From contig CAVOGR010000004.1 in the NCBI GenBank assembly GCA_963695555.1, positions 64,001-128,000 on the forward strand: a stretch of 64,000 nucleotides of DNA. Reading direction: 5' to 3'. The stretch is from an uncultured Gemmatimonadales bacterium. GTDB lineage: Bacteria > Gemmatimonadota > Gemmatimonadetes > Gemmatimonadales > GWC2-71-9. This document shows, in pieces, positions 14,862 to 28,356 of this stretch. The first letter of the stretch is position 1. Every line of letters starts with the position of its first letter. Made by a program: the position numbers and the translations under genes. The notes under the pieces are model-generated. The model had not been told where the DNA came from, made no database searches, and saw only the letters and a program-made list of their open reading frames with translations.

Positions 14862-15977
14862 GTGCGAGTGCCGTTGCTCGATCTCGTCGCGCAGCATGAG
14901 CAAATCGAAGATCACGTCATCCCGGCAATCATGCGTGTGATTGCCCGGCAATCCTTTATTATGGGGCCGGAGGTCGCGGAGCTGGAGCAACAACTCGCCG
15001 CCCTTGCGGGGGTGAAGCACGCCATCGCCTGTGCCAGCGGCACCGATGCGCTTCTCCTTCCACTGAAGACCCTCGACTTGGCGCCTGGCGACGAGGTCAT
15101 CACGCCCGCCTTCACCTTCTTTGCCACGGCCGGCGCAATCCATAATGCCGGCGGCACGCCGGTGTTCGTGGATATCGAGCGTGACTCGTTCAACGTCGCT
15201 CCCGACGCGATCGAGGCGGCGATCACTCCACGGACCAGGGCCATCGTGGTGGTGCACCTGTACGGCCAAATGGCGGCGATGGAGCGGATCCTTCCCCTGG
15301 CGGAACGGCACGGCCTGGCCGTGATCGAAGACGCAGCGCAGGCCGTGGGAGCGGCCCGGATGATGGATGGCCGGCGGTGCGTGGCGGGAAGCCTCGGGGC
15401 TGTGGGCACCCTCTCGTTTTTCCCTTCGAAGAATCTGGGTGGGTGGGGTGACGGCGGCATGATCCTGACGTCCGACGACGCTCGTGCGGCCCGCCTGCGC
15501 CGCCTGCGCCTTCACGGGGGCGATAAGGAGTACCATCACGACGAGGTGGGATACAACAGCCGCCTCGATACCGTGCAGGCGGCCGTGCTGTTGGCAAAGC
15601 TCCCGTTCCTCTCCGAATGGAGCGAGGCCCGGCGGCAGGCCGCAGCCCACTACACCGAGGCGTTCGCGGATCAGCCCGGCATCGAGCCGCCGACCGTCGA
15701 TCCAGCGAACGAACACATCTTCCACCAATACACGATTCGGGTCTCCGACCGCGATGCCCTCCAGGCCTACCTGCGCGAGGCGAATATCGGTCACAAGGTC
15801 TATTACCCGATGGGGCTCCATTTGCAGCCGTGCTTTCGAGGCCTGGGATATGGGCCGGGGCAGCTGCCGAGGACCGAAGAGGCGTCGGCCGAAGTGATTT
15901 CGTTGCCGATTTATCCGGAGTTGTCCGCCGACCAGCAACACGCGGTGATCGATGCCGTGACCGGGTTCTACGCATGA
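14862..15977 (+). CDS. wbpE: DegT/DnrJ/EryC1/StrS PLP aminotransferase, WbpE-like
   Basis: SGTDAL, VHLYGQ, IEDAAQA, SFFPSKNLG (PLP Lys), NSRLDTVQAA; GTG 14862 after SD GGGAGA. Confidence 0.8.
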   Translation: MRVPLLDLVAQHEQIEDHVIPAIMRVIARQSFIMGPEVAELEQQLAALAGVKHAIACASGTDALLLPLKTLDLAPGDEVITPAFTFFATAGAIHNAGGTPVFVDIERDSFNVAPDAIEAAITPRTRAIVVVHLYGQMAAMERILPLAERHGLAVIEDAAQAVGAARMMDGRRCVAGSLGAVGTLSFFPSKNLGGWGDGGMILTSDDARAARLRRLRLHGGDKEYHHDEVGYNSRLDTVQAAVLLAKLPFLSEWSEARRQAAAHYTEAFADQPGIEPPTVDPANEHIFHQYTIRVSDRDALQAYLREANIGHKVYYPMGLHLQPCFRGLGYGPGQLPRTEEASAEVISLPIYPELSADQQHAVIDAVTGFYA

Positions 15978-16987
15978 AACCACTTCGCGTCGGTGTGATT
16001 GGGGCGGGAGCCTGGGGCAGGAACCATGTCCGGACGTTTGCGGGCATGCCGGAGGTAGAGCTCGCCGCGGTCTGTGACGTGAATCCCGACCGGTGCGCCC
16101 AAATCGAGCGCGCCTACCCCGGTGTCCACGTCACGGCTCAGGCGGACGATCTGCTCGGCCGGGTCGAAGCTGTGGTGATTGCGGCGCCGGCCCGAGACCA
16201 CGCCCCGCTGGGACACCAAGCCGTGGAAGCGGGGGTGCCCGCGCTGATCGAGAAGCCGTTTGCGCTCTCCGTGGCCGACGCCGAGCGGCTGGCGGACGCG
16301 GCGGCGAAAGCGGGGGTCCCCGTTCTGGCAGGACACTTGCTCGAATACCATCCGGCCGTTGAGCGGCTCCGCCAGATGATCGTCGATGCCACCCTCGGCG
16401 ACCTCTATTACCTGTACTCCACTCGGGTCAACTTGGGCCAGGTGCGGCCGGACGAGAACGCGCTGTGGAGCTTCGGCCCCCACGACGTCTCGGTGGCCCT
16501 CTACTTGCTTGGGGAGGTCCCGACGTCGGTCACCGCCCAGGGCCGGTCGTACCTGCAGGCGGGAATCGAGGACATCGTGTTTCTGCACCTGACCTTCGCC
16601 AGTGGAGTCGTCGCGCATGCGCACATGTCGTGGCTCGACCCCCACAAGGAGCGCCAGCTGACCGTGGTTGGCGCGCGGCAGATGGCGGTGTTCGACGACA
16701 TGGAGTCTCGGGAAAAGCTCCGGGTCTACGATAAGGGCGTCACGCGCCCGCCGGAGTACGCATCGTACGGTGAGAGTTTGGCGATTCGGGAAGGCGACAT
16801 CTTTATACCTCGGCTTCCGAACACCGAACCGCTTGCGGCCGAGCTTCGCCATTTCGTTCGGGTCGTACAACACGGCGAGTCGCCGCGGACGGATGCGCAG
16901 GATGGTGTTCGGGTGGTACAAGTGCTCGAGGCGGCCTCGCGGTCCCTCGCCGCGGGAGGAACTCCCACTCTAATTGGGCGTACATAA
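15974..16987 (+). CDS. Gfo/Idh/MocA NAD-dependent oxidoreductase (WbpB/WlbA/GnnA-like)
   Basis: VGVIGAGAWGRNH, IEKP, GHLLEYHP, FGPHD; ATGA overlap with the upstream gene. Confidence 0.85.
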   Translation: MKPLRVGVIGAGAWGRNHVRTFAGMPEVELAAVCDVNPDRCAQIERAYPGVHVTAQADDLLGRVEAVVIAAPARDHAPLGHQAVEAGVPALIEKPFALSVADAERLADAAAKAGVPVLAGHLLEYHPAVERLRQMIVDATLGDLYYLYSTRVNLGQVRPDENALWSFGPHDVSVALYLLGEVPTSVTAQGRSYLQAGIEDIVFLHLTFASGVVAHAHMSWLDPHKERQLTVVGARQMAVFDDMESREKLRVYDKGVTRPPEYASYGESLAIREGDIFIPRLPNTEPLAAELRHFVRVVQHGESPRTDAQDGVRVVQVLEAASRSLAAGGTPTLIGRT

Positions 16988-18270
16988 TGCGACTTGCGGA
17001 TGAACTGATTGCGAAAGCCGAGAGCCGGAAGGCCCGGTTCGGGGTCATCGGGCTTGGATACGTGGGCCTGCCGCTGGCCGTAGAACTCGCCAACGCCGGC
17101 TACGAGGTGGTGGGCTTCGATGTAAATCAGCACGTGGTGGATGGCCTCAACGCCGGGCGCTCCCATGTCGGGGACATCACCGATGACCAGTTGGGCGCCA
17201 TCCGGTCCGCCGGGCGGTTCACGGCCACGGTCGACATGGCTCGGCTGAGCGAGACCGACGCCATTTCGATTTGTGTGCCAACCCCCTTGTCGAAATTCAA
17301 AGATCCGGACGTCAGCTTCATCGTCGCCGCCTCCGATGCGGTCAAGGGCTCGTTGCGTCGCGGCCAGGTCATCATTTTGGAGAGCACGACGTACCCCGGA
17401 ACGACCCGGGAGATCATGCTGCCGGCCCTCGAGGGAACCGGACTTACGGTCGGCGAGGATTTCTTTCTCGCCTTCAGTCCGGAGCGGGTCGACCCCGGCA
17501 ATGCCCGGTATCAGACCAAGAACACTCCCAAGGTCATCGGCGGGATCACGCCCGATTGCTGTCGCGTCGCGACTGCCTTCTACGCTGCCGCCATCGACAC
17601 GCTGGTGGCGGTCTCCACGACGGAGGCCGCAGAACTCGTCAAGCTCCTGGAGAACACGTTCCGCATCGTGAACATTGGCCTGGCCAATGAGATGGCGATC
17701 GTCTGTGACAAGCTGGGGGTGGACGTCTGGGAGGTCATCGAGGCGGCGGCGACGAAGCCCTTTGGCTTCATGAAGTTTCTGCCGGGGCCGGGATTGGGCG
17801 GGCATTGTATCCCGATCGATCCCCACTACCTCGCCTGGAAGATGCGCGGGCTCAACTACAAGACCCGATTCATCGATCTGGCTGGCGAGGTGAACACAGA
17901 AATGCCGCTCTTCTGGATTCGGAAGGTCGGGGAAACGCTCAACGAGCGCGGGCAGGCCGTCCGCGGGTCGAAGATCTTGGTGCTCGGGGTCGCGTACAAG
18001 CCCGACATCAGTGACACCCGAGAGAGTCCGGCTATTGACATCTTTCGCCTGCTCGCCGACCAAGGAGCCCAGGTGAGCTACCACGATCCGTTGGTCCCGA
18101 TGTTCCGTGACGATGGGCGGGAACACCGATCCGTCCCGCTGACGGCCGAGGCGATCGAGGCCGCCGACTGCGTCATGATCGTCACCAATCATTCCACCAT
18201 CGATTTCGAATTGGTTCGTGAACACGCACGAGCCGTAGTCGACACCCGCAACGCGCTCGGCCGACGCTAA
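16987..18270 (+). CDS. wbpA: UDP-N-acetyl-hexosamine 6-dehydrogenase (WbpA-like)
   Basis: GLGYVGLPLA, ICVPTP, LESTTYPGTT, SPERVDPGN, KLLENTFR, GPGLGGHCIPIDP. Confidence 0.85.
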   Translation: MRLADELIAKAESRKARFGVIGLGYVGLPLAVELANAGYEVVGFDVNQHVVDGLNAGRSHVGDITDDQLGAIRSAGRFTATVDMARLSETDAISICVPTPLSKFKDPDVSFIVAASDAVKGSLRRGQVIILESTTYPGTTREIMLPALEGTGLTVGEDFFLAFSPERVDPGNARYQTKNTPKVIGGITPDCCRVATAFYAAAIDTLVAVSTTEAAELVKLLENTFRIVNIGLANEMAIVCDKLGVDVWEVIEAAATKPFGFMKFLPGPGLGGHCIPIDPHYLAWKMRGLNYKTRFIDLAGEVNTEMPLFWIRKVGETLNERGQAVRGSKILVLGVAYKPDISDTRESPAIDIFRLLADQGAQVSYHDPLVPMFRDDGREHRSVPLTAEAIEAADCVMIVTNHSTIDFELVREHARAVVDTRNALGRR

Positions 18271-18273
18271 GCG

Positions 18274-19581
18274 ATGCACGTCACCGTCATTGGCACCGGA
18301 TACGTGGGGTTGGTCGCCGGTGCATGCCTGGCCGAGACCGGCAATACCGTCGTGTGTGCCGATGTTGATGTTGCCAAAATCGAAGGACTCCAGCAGAACC
18401 GCATCCCGATTTACGAGCCCGGCCTCGAGCCGTTGGTCCATCGGAACCAGGACGAGGGCCGGCTCAGTTTCACCACCGACGTCGCTGCGGCCATCGACCA
18501 TGGTCGAGTGATCTTCATTGCGGTCGGCACTCCCCCGGACGAAGACGGGTCGGCTGACCTCCAGCACGTCCTCGACGTTGCCGAAGCCATCGGCAAGTTC
18601 ATGCGCGGACCCAAGATCGTCGTGACCAAGTCTACCGTGCCTGTCGGCACGGCCGAACGGGTGCGTGCGGCTATCGCGCAGCATGCCGGGTTTCCATTCT
18701 CGGTGTGCTCCAATCCAGAGTTCCTCAAAGAAGGGGCCGCGATCGAGGACTTCATGAAACCCGACCGCGTCGTGTTGGGGGTTGATAATGCCGAGGCTCG
18801 TGACGTCCTGACGGCGCTCTACGCACCGTTCGTGCGGACGGGCAATCCGATTCTGTTCATGGACATCCCATCGGCGGAGGTGACGAAGTATGCCGCCAAC
18901 GCCATGCTGGCCAGCCGCATCTCGTTCATGAATCAAGTCGCGGCGTTCTGTGAGTTGGTCGGAGCCGACGTGTCCCATGTGCGCAAGGGCATTTCCACCG
19001 ATCGGCGCATTGGGCCCGCCTTTCTCTTTCCCGGCCCGGGGTACGGCGGCTCGTGCTTTCCCAAGGATGTTCAGGCCTTGATCCGGTCGGCTGCGGAACG
19101 CGGGATGCAGTTTGATATCCTCCAGGCAGTCGAAGCGGTCAATCAGCGGCAAAAGCAAGTTCTGTTGGGCAAACTCATTCAGGTATTGGGTCCGTCGCTC
19201 ACCAATCGGACGATTGCCGTGTGGGGCCTGGCCTTCAAGGCGGAGACGGACGACATGCGGGAGAGTCCTGCCATTCCGCTGGTGGAGGGGTTACTCGAGC
19301 GCGGCGCGGCCGTCCGCGTCCACGACCCCAAGGCCATGGAGATTGCCCGCACGGTGTTCGGCGATCGCGTCACGTATGTGCACGACCCCTACGAGACACT
19401 CCCGTCCGCCGATGCGCTCGTGATCGTGACCGAATGGCTGGTGTACCGGAATCCGGATTTTGAGCGGATCCGGGCGTTGCTGCGCCGTCCACTCATTGTG
19501 GATGGACGCAATCTCTACGAACCTGACCGGCTGCGGAGCCTTGGGTTCGACTACTTCGGCATCGGGAGGCAGTCCGGGTGA
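18274..19581 (+). CDS. ugd: UDP-glucose 6-dehydrogenase
   Basis: [40 protein letters not shown]. Confidence 0.93.
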   Translation: MHVTVIGTGYVGLVAGACLAETGNTVVCADVDVAKIEGLQQNRIPIYEPGLEPLVHRNQDEGRLSFTTDVAAAIDHGRVIFIAVGTPPDEDGSADLQHVLDVAEAIGKFMRGPKIVVTKSTVPVGTAERVRAAIAQHAGFPFSVCSNPEFLKEGAAIEDFMKPDRVVLGVDNAEARDVLTALYAPFVRTGNPILFMDIPSAEVTKYAANAMLASRISFMNQVAAFCELVGADVSHVRKGISTDRRIGPAFLFPGPGYGGSCFPKDVQALIRSAAERGMQFDILQAVEAVNQRQKQVLLGKLIQVLGPSLTNRTIAVWGLAFKAETDDMRESPAIPLVEGLLERGAAVRVHDPKAMEIARTVFGDRVTYVHDPYETLPSADALVIVTEWLVYRNPDFERIRALLRRPLIVDGRNLYEPDRLRSLGFDYFGIGRQSG

Positions 19582-20513
19582 GAGTCCTCATTACGGGAGC
19601 CGCGGGGTTCCTAGGATCCCACCTCGTCGATCGGTTCATCGCCGAGGGGTATGACGTCGTCGGAATGGACAACTTCATCACCGGCTCACCCGACAACATC
19701 GCCCACTTGCTGGGGAACCCAAAGTTCTCCTTCGCCAAGCACGATGTCACCACGTTCATGTATGTGGCCGGTCCGCTGGACGGCGTGCTGCACTTCGCCT
19801 CGCCCGCAAGCCCGATCGATTACCTCGAGCTGCCCATCCAAACGCTCAAGGTCGGGTCGCTCGGCACCCACACCGCACTCGGCCTGGCCAAGGCAAAGGG
19901 AGCGCGCTTCCTGCTTGCCTCGACGTCCGAAGTGTACGGCGATCCTCAGGTCCACCCGCAAACCGAGGATTACTGGGGCCATGTGAATCCGGTTGGACCG
20001 CGTGGGGTCTATGATGAGGCCAAGCGGTTTGCTGAAGCTATGACCATGGCGTACCATCGCACCCACGAAGTCGATACCCGGATCGCACGCATCTTCAATA
20101 CGTATGGCCCGCGCATGCGCGCCAGGGACGGCCGAGTCGTCTCGAATTTCATCGTCCAGGCACTGAAGGGAGAGTCGCTGACGATCTATGGAGACGGGTC
20201 GCAAACGCGTTCCTTCTGCTACGCCAGCGATCTCGTCGAGGGCATCCTGCGCCTGTTCGAGCGTGGCGATGCCGATCCGGTCAATGTCGGGAATCCCGTC
20301 GAGTTCACCGTCCGGGAGCTTGCCGAGCTGATTCTGAAGCTCACCGGCTCCACGTCGAGGTTGATCGAGCGGCCACTCCCAACGGACGATCCCAAGGTGC
20401 GCCGACCGGATATTTCACGTGCCCAGGGACTGCTCGACTGGGCTCCCCAGATCAGTCTCGAACAAGGCCTGACCAAGACTATTTCGCACTTTCGGACCCA
20501 GCTCGGCATATGA
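19578..20513 (+). CDS. uxs: UDP-glucuronate decarboxylase (UDP-xylose synthase)
   Basis: [67 protein letters not shown]. Confidence 0.88.
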   Translation: MRVLITGAAGFLGSHLVDRFIAEGYDVVGMDNFITGSPDNIAHLLGNPKFSFAKHDVTTFMYVAGPLDGVLHFASPASPIDYLELPIQTLKVGSLGTHTALGLAKAKGARFLLASTSEVYGDPQVHPQTEDYWGHVNPVGPRGVYDEAKRFAEAMTMAYHRTHEVDTRIARIFNTYGPRMRARDGRVVSNFIVQALKGESLTIYGDGSQTRSFCYASDLVEGILRLFERGDADPVNVGNPVEFTVRELAELILKLTGSTSRLIERPLPTDDPKVRRPDISRAQGLLDWAPQISLEQGLTKTISHFRTQLGI

Positions 20514-21478
20514 CGGCGGTGCTGGTGACGGGGGCGGCAGGGTTTATCGGCTCGCACCTGGCCGAGGCCTTGATCGACCGGGGCGACCGCGTCATCGGCA
20601 TCGACAACTTCGACCCGTTCTATCCGCGCGCCATCAAGGAACGCAACCTGGCCCGGCTCAAGGGCGCCGCCGGGTTCACCTTTCACGAGGCCGACATCCT
20701 CGATGGCGCCGCCCTCTTGGCCCTGCTGGCCCCGGAGATGGTCGTGGTCCACCTGGCTGCCAAAGCCGGGGTCAGACCCTCGCTCGCCGCCCCGGACGCC
20801 TACGTCAGGGCCAACCTGCTGGGCACGGCCTCCGTCATCGAATCGGCGCGGGCCGCTGGTGTGTCCCGCCTGGTGTTCGGCTCGTCTTCGTCCGTCTATG
20901 GCGACGATACCCCGGCGCCGTTCCGCGAGGACGCCCCGGCAGTCGGCCCGGTCAGCCCCTACGCCGCGACCAAACGCGGTGGGGAGCTCTTGCTGGACTC
21001 GGTCGCGCCTCACTTCGGCCTCCGGGTCGCTGCCGTCCGCCTCTTTACGGTCTACGGCCCCCGGCAGCGCCCCGACCTCGCGATCCATCACTTCACCCGC
21101 CGCATAGCGGCGCGCCAACCGATTACCTTATTCGGGGATGGAACCCAGGCGCGCGACTACACCTACTGCAGCGATATCGTGGCTGGGCTCCTCCGAGCCA
21201 TCGCGTGGACCGACCGTGCCCCGGTCGGCATGGAGATCTTCAACCTCGGTGGAGCGCGAGCGGTGCCGCTCCTCGAGATGGTCTCATCGCTGGCCCAGGC
21301 CCTGGAGATCGACCCCGTTATCGAATGGGCTCCTATGCAGCCGGGAGACGTTCGGAACACGGCGGCGGACCTGACCAAGTCCGAGCGAATGCTCGGCTAC
21401 CAGCCCGCCGTCTCCTTTGAAGAGGGGATTCGCCGATTTGTTGCGTGGTTTCGAGAACATCATGACGACGAGCCCTGA
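20510..21478 (+). CDS. UDP-glucuronate 4-epimerase-like SDR
   Basis: [55 protein letters not shown]. Confidence 0.85.
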   Translation: MTAVLVTGAAGFIGSHLAEALIDRGDRVIGIDNFDPFYPRAIKERNLARLKGAAGFTFHEADILDGAALLALLAPEMVVVHLAAKAGVRPSLAAPDAYVRANLLGTASVIESARAAGVSRLVFGSSSSVYGDDTPAPFREDAPAVGPVSPYAATKRGGELLLDSVAPHFGLRVAAVRLFTVYGPRQRPDLAIHHFTRRIAARQPITLFGDGTQARDYTYCSDIVAGLLRAIAWTDRAPVGMEIFNLGGARAVPLLEMVSSLAQALEIDPVIEWAPMQPGDVRNTAADLTKSERMLGYQPAVSFEEGIRRFVAWFREHHDDEP

Positions 21479-22169
21479 TCACCTCGTTGCCCAAGCGCGG
21501 GATCGGTTTGCGCTCCGGGATTATCACGGGGCGATCCATTTTCTGAACGAGGTCATGGCGATGGGACATCGGTTTGCCGATGTCCATCATCTGCTGGGGC
21601 TGTGTCACTCCATGCTCGGCCAGCCCGACGAGGCCCTGCTCGACTTCGAGCGGGCGCTCGACCTCAATGCCGGATACTTGGAAGCCCACGTGCACCGCGG
21701 GATCGTCCTGAACGAGCTCGGCCGGGTGGACGACGCGCGTCGATCATTCGAAGCTGCCGAACGCGCCGATACCCCCACGGTGGCAGGCTTCCCGGCCCAC
21801 GTAGCCGGCTGTTTGGCGAATCGCCACGCCGCGTTGGGCGACGCGTATGCGGAGGCAGGGGCAGTGGAAGAGGCCGTCGCCCAATACCGTCGGGCCATCG
21901 AGCTGGGACCTGGCTTCTTCGACTTGCGGTATCGGTTGGCGCGGTTGCTTCTGGAGTCGGCCCACACGTTGGAGGCCCGCGACGAACTCGAACACGTCGT
22001 CGAGGAGCGCCCCGACTTCCTCGATGCCCAAGCGGCGCTCGGGCTGGCCCGATTCTTATCCGGCGACGCGGCCGGCGCCACCGATGTGTGGCGGGCATGT
22101 CTGGCCCGTCGCCCGGAGAACGTCCGGGTGGAAGCCTACCTCGCCATGGTCGGGCGGGCGGAGGAATGA
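21462..22169 (+). CDS. cytoplasmic TPR protein
   Basis: Serial TPRs (FADVHHLLG, YLEAHVHRG, FFDLRYRLA, FLDAQAALG); start ATG 21462. Confidence 0.85.
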   Translation: MTTSPDHLVAQARDRFALRDYHGAIHFLNEVMAMGHRFADVHHLLGLCHSMLGQPDEALLDFERALDLNAGYLEAHVHRGIVLNELGRVDDARRSFEAAERADTPTVAGFPAHVAGCLANRHAALGDAYAEAGAVEEAVAQYRRAIELGPGFFDLRYRLARLLLESAHTLEARDELEHVVEERPDFLDAQAALGLARFLSGDAAGATDVWRACLARRPENVRVEAYLAMVGRAEE

Positions 22170-23086
22170 GGGCCGTTTCCGGACGGGCCTTCGTGATGGG
22201 GGCCGTGCTTCTCGTGTCCTGCCGGCTCGCGGGACAAGAGCAAGTCGGCGACGTTGCGTACCGTGAGGCTCGATTTGCCGAGGCCCTCCAGGCCTACCGG
22301 CGGGCCAGCGACCGTACCGACGACCCCGGCATTCAGGCAAAACTCGGCGCGGCGGCCATTCGGGCCGGGGACGTTCGTGAGGCCATCGATGCCTATCGCC
22401 AGCTGGCATCTCGCGCACCGATCCGGAAAGAAGAAGCGGTTTACGGCATCGATTTGGCGGCCCGGATGGCCCTCGAGACCGGCGACGAGGAAGCCGTTCG
22501 CGAGGCCGTCATCGCGCTCGAAGCCCTGGCTCCTCGCTGGCCCGTCGGCCGGTATGCGCTCAGTCTGGTCCAGTCCCGCACCCTCCCAGTGGACGAAGAG
22601 CTTCGGCTCATTCCCGCCGCCATCGGGGCGGCGGGCGATCGCCCGGCCGCCGACTCCCTGCTTCGGGAGTACGCTCGGGCCCTTCGAACCTCTGCATCCT
22701 GCGATTTGGCGATTCAGGCATACCGGTCGCTTCGGCGCCGGACGGAGACGGACAACCCGTCCTTGGCTCGCGGGGCCGCGACGGAGTACGCCGCCTGCGC
22801 CCTGGAGCTGGGTCTGCGGGACGAGCGGGCGACGCCGTGGACGGCTGAGGAGTACTTCCGTGAGGCCATCGCGGTCGATTCCGCCAGCCCTGTCGGTCGC
22901 AGGAGCCTGGTGGCCTTCGGTGACGCTCGCATGGCGCAGGGTGACATGTTCGGCGGGGCGATGGCCTATCAGGCAGCCCTGGATCTCGCCGCCGAACCCG
23001 ACTCGATCGTCGACTTGGCCACGGAGCGCCTCAACAGTATCGCGGCCGCTCGCACCGTAGACGATTCCACCGCGGTGATTCCGTGA
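22166..23086 (+). CDS. secreted or lipoprotein TPR-like protein
   Basis: Start ATG 22166 after GGAGG; hydrophobic N-terminus with possible lipobox LVS|C; helical repeats. Confidence 0.7.
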   Translation: MRAVSGRAFVMGAVLLVSCRLAGQEQVGDVAYREARFAEALQAYRRASDRTDDPGIQAKLGAAAIRAGDVREAIDAYRQLASRAPIRKEEAVYGIDLAARMALETGDEEAVREAVIALEALAPRWPVGRYALSLVQSRTLPVDEELRLIPAAIGAAGDRPAADSLLREYARALRTSASCDLAIQAYRSLRRRTETDNPSLARGAATEYAACALELGLRDERATPWTAEEYFREAIAVDSASPVGRRSLVAFGDARMAQGDMFGGAMAYQAALDLAAEPDSIVDLATERLNSIAAARTVDDSTAVIP

Positions 23087-23859
23087 AATATCTCGCGCCT
23101 CTCGGGATCGCCCTGTGTGGGGTGGCATGCGGGCTGCCGTCGCCGGAGCCGTTGACGACGCCAATCGTACCGCTCGCGCAAACCGCCTCGCCCAGTGAAG
23201 TCGATTCGTTGTGGGATGCCGCCAACGGGAAGTTCCGGCAGGGCAAGTGGAGTGCCGCCGCGAGCATCCTGGAGCGCCTGGTTCTCGAATTCCCTCCCGG
23301 CGATCAGCGGCTTCCGCGGGCGAGACTCCTGCTGGGCAACGCGTACTTGGCCTCGAAGAGCCACCTCCAAGCCGTGCGCGAATTCCGTAAGCTGTCGGAC
23401 GAGCGGCCGGGCGATCCGTTGGCCGCCATGGGCCTGTTGCGTGCCGGCGACGCGTATGCCGGCCTGTGGCGCCGTCCTGAGCTCGACCCGTCCTACGGGG
23501 AAACCGCATTGGCGACCTACCGGGAGCTCCTCAATCGCTATCCCGACTCCGAGGCGGGGGCGCGGGCGCGGATCAGGATCGCCCAGCTGGAGGAGAAGTT
23601 CGCCATCAAGCAGTTCAAGTCGGCCCAGTTCTATTTTCGTCTCAAGGCCTACGACTCGGTCATCCTCTACCTGAAGGATCTGGTTGCGAGCTACCCCCGG
23701 ACCTCGACGGCCCCTGACGCGCTCGCGCTCCTGGTGGACGCGTATCGCAGGGTGGGATACGAAGAGGATGTGACGGAAACCTGCGGCTATATGCGCCGGT
23801 TCCATCCCAATGCGCGGCAGACCGCTGAAACGTGCCCGCTCGATCAGGCGGATTCGTGA
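23083..23859 (+). CDS. bamD: outer-membrane assembly lipoprotein BamD
   Basis: Lipobox GVA|C; TPRs; PELDPSYGETALATYRELLNRYPDS, LEEKFAIKQFKSAQFY. Confidence 0.85.
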   Translation: MKYLAPLGIALCGVACGLPSPEPLTTPIVPLAQTASPSEVDSLWDAANGKFRQGKWSAAASILERLVLEFPPGDQRLPRARLLLGNAYLASKSHLQAVREFRKLSDERPGDPLAAMGLLRAGDAYAGLWRRPELDPSYGETALATYRELLNRYPDSEAGARARIRIAQLEEKFAIKQFKSAQFYFRLKAYDSVILYLKDLVASYPRTSTAPDALALLVDAYRRVGYEEDVTETCGYMRRFHPNARQTAETCPLDQADS

Positions 23860-24425
23860 CCGTTGGCCTGCTCGGCGGATCGTTCGACCCCATCCACCAT
23901 GGCCACCTCCTCGTCGCCCAAGCTGCGGTGGAGGTGCTTGGGCTCGATGAGCTCCGATTCGTGCCCGCGCGCCAGCAACCCTTCAAGGTTGGTCATCACG
24001 GGGCGAGCGCCGAAGACCGGCTCCGAATGGTTGAGATGGCCATCGCCGGCGAACCACGATTCGCGTTGGAGCAGAGCGAAATCGACCGGTCGGGACCATC
24101 GTTCACGGTTGACACCCTTCGTACCCTTCGAGACCGGGAACCAGGCCAGGCGTTCGTGCTGCTGGTTGGGGCCGATGCAGCGGCGGAGTTGCCCACGTGG
24201 CACCAGGCAGAAGAGATTCCACGGTTGGCCCGCGTGGTGATGTTCGCCCGGCCCGCTGGGCCGGACTCCCGAACGGTCGGAGGCTTCGAGGCCGTTCGGG
24301 TGCCGCAGGTAGACATTTCGGCGTCGGAGATCCGCCGTCGGGTGCGTGCCGGCCAATCGATTCGGTATTGGGTACCCGACGCGGTGCGAGACCACATTAC
24401 CGCCCGCCGGCTGTATTTGGACTAG
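23856..24425 (+). CDS. nadD: nicotinate-nucleotide adenylyltransferase
   Basis: [37 protein letters not shown]. Confidence 0.96.
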   Translation: MTVGLLGGSFDPIHHGHLLVAQAAVEVLGLDELRFVPARQQPFKVGHHGASAEDRLRMVEMAIAGEPRFALEQSEIDRSGPSFTVDTLRTLRDREPGQAFVLLVGADAAAELPTWHQAEEIPRLARVVMFARPAGPDSRTVGGFEAVRVPQVDISASEIRRRVRAGQSIRYWVPDAVRDHITARRLYLD

Positions 24426-24432
24426 GACGCGC

Positions 24433-27603
<3,171 letters not shown>

Positions 27604-27672
27604 CGGCGTAATCCGGCGCCGGTCGGCGCCCGTTTGGGTGGGTGAGCCACCGCGCCGGCCCCACATTGGCGG

Positions 27673-28356
27673 GTGGCTCCTCCTCTCGCCGACCTCCCCT
27701 CCGACGACCGTCCCCGAGAACGACTCTGGGCCCATGGCGCGTCTGCGTTGACGGCCACCGAACTTCTTGCCATCCTTGTAGGTACAGGGGCTCGGGGGTC
27801 CAGCGCACTCGAGGTGGCCCGGGATCTCCTCCGCCTGGGTGACGGGTCGCTCCGCCGGCTCGCCGGTCGGGTGCGCTCTGAATGGCTCGCCGTGCCCGGG
27901 GTGGGTCCCACCAAAGCGGCGCGCGTGCGGGTCGCTCTGGAGTTGGGGGCACGGTATGCTCGCGAAGCGCGCCCTCCCGTTCTCCAGGTTCGGGCGCCGG
28001 ACGACGTGGCCCAGTTGCTGGCCCCGAGGCTCCGGGACCTCGAGGTCGAGGAGTTCCATGTCCTGGCGCTGGACAGCCAGAGCCAGATCGTGCGCGACGT
28101 TCTCATCACCCGGGGTTTGTTGAACAGTTCGCTCGTGCACCCGCGGGAGGTCTTCCGGGCGGCGATCGTGGAGGCAGCGGCCGGAATCATCGTGGTGCAC
28201 AATCATCCGAGCGGAGACCCGACACCCTCACTCGAGGACCAGTCGGTCACCCGGCAGCTGGTGGCGGCCGGGCGTCTCCTCGATGTCCCGGTCTACGATC
28301 ACGTCATCATTGCCGGCGACCGGTTCGTGAGTCTTGCCACCATGGGACTACTGTGA
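27673..28356 (+). CDS. radC: RadC family protein (HhH + JAB)
   Basis: DRPRERL, ELLAILVGTG, GVGPTKA, VHPREVF, HNHPSGDPTPSLED, DHVII. Confidence 0.95.
   Translation: MAPPLADLPSDDRPRERLWAHGASALTATELLAILVGTGARGSSALEVARDLLRLGDGSLRRLAGRVRSEWLAVPGVGPTKAARVRVALELGARYAREARPPVLQVRAPDDVAQLLAPRLRDLEVEEFHVLALDSQSQIVRDVLITRGLLNSSLVHPREVFRAAIVEAAAGIIVVHNHPSGDPTPSLEDQSVTRQLVAAGRLLDVPVYDHVIIAGDRFVSLATMGLL

Noticed and set aside
27673..28356. radC as a marker of a prophage or ICE
   Set aside because: It is the full-length chromosomal HhH+JAB form between secA and rel, with no integrase, att repeats or GC shift nearby.
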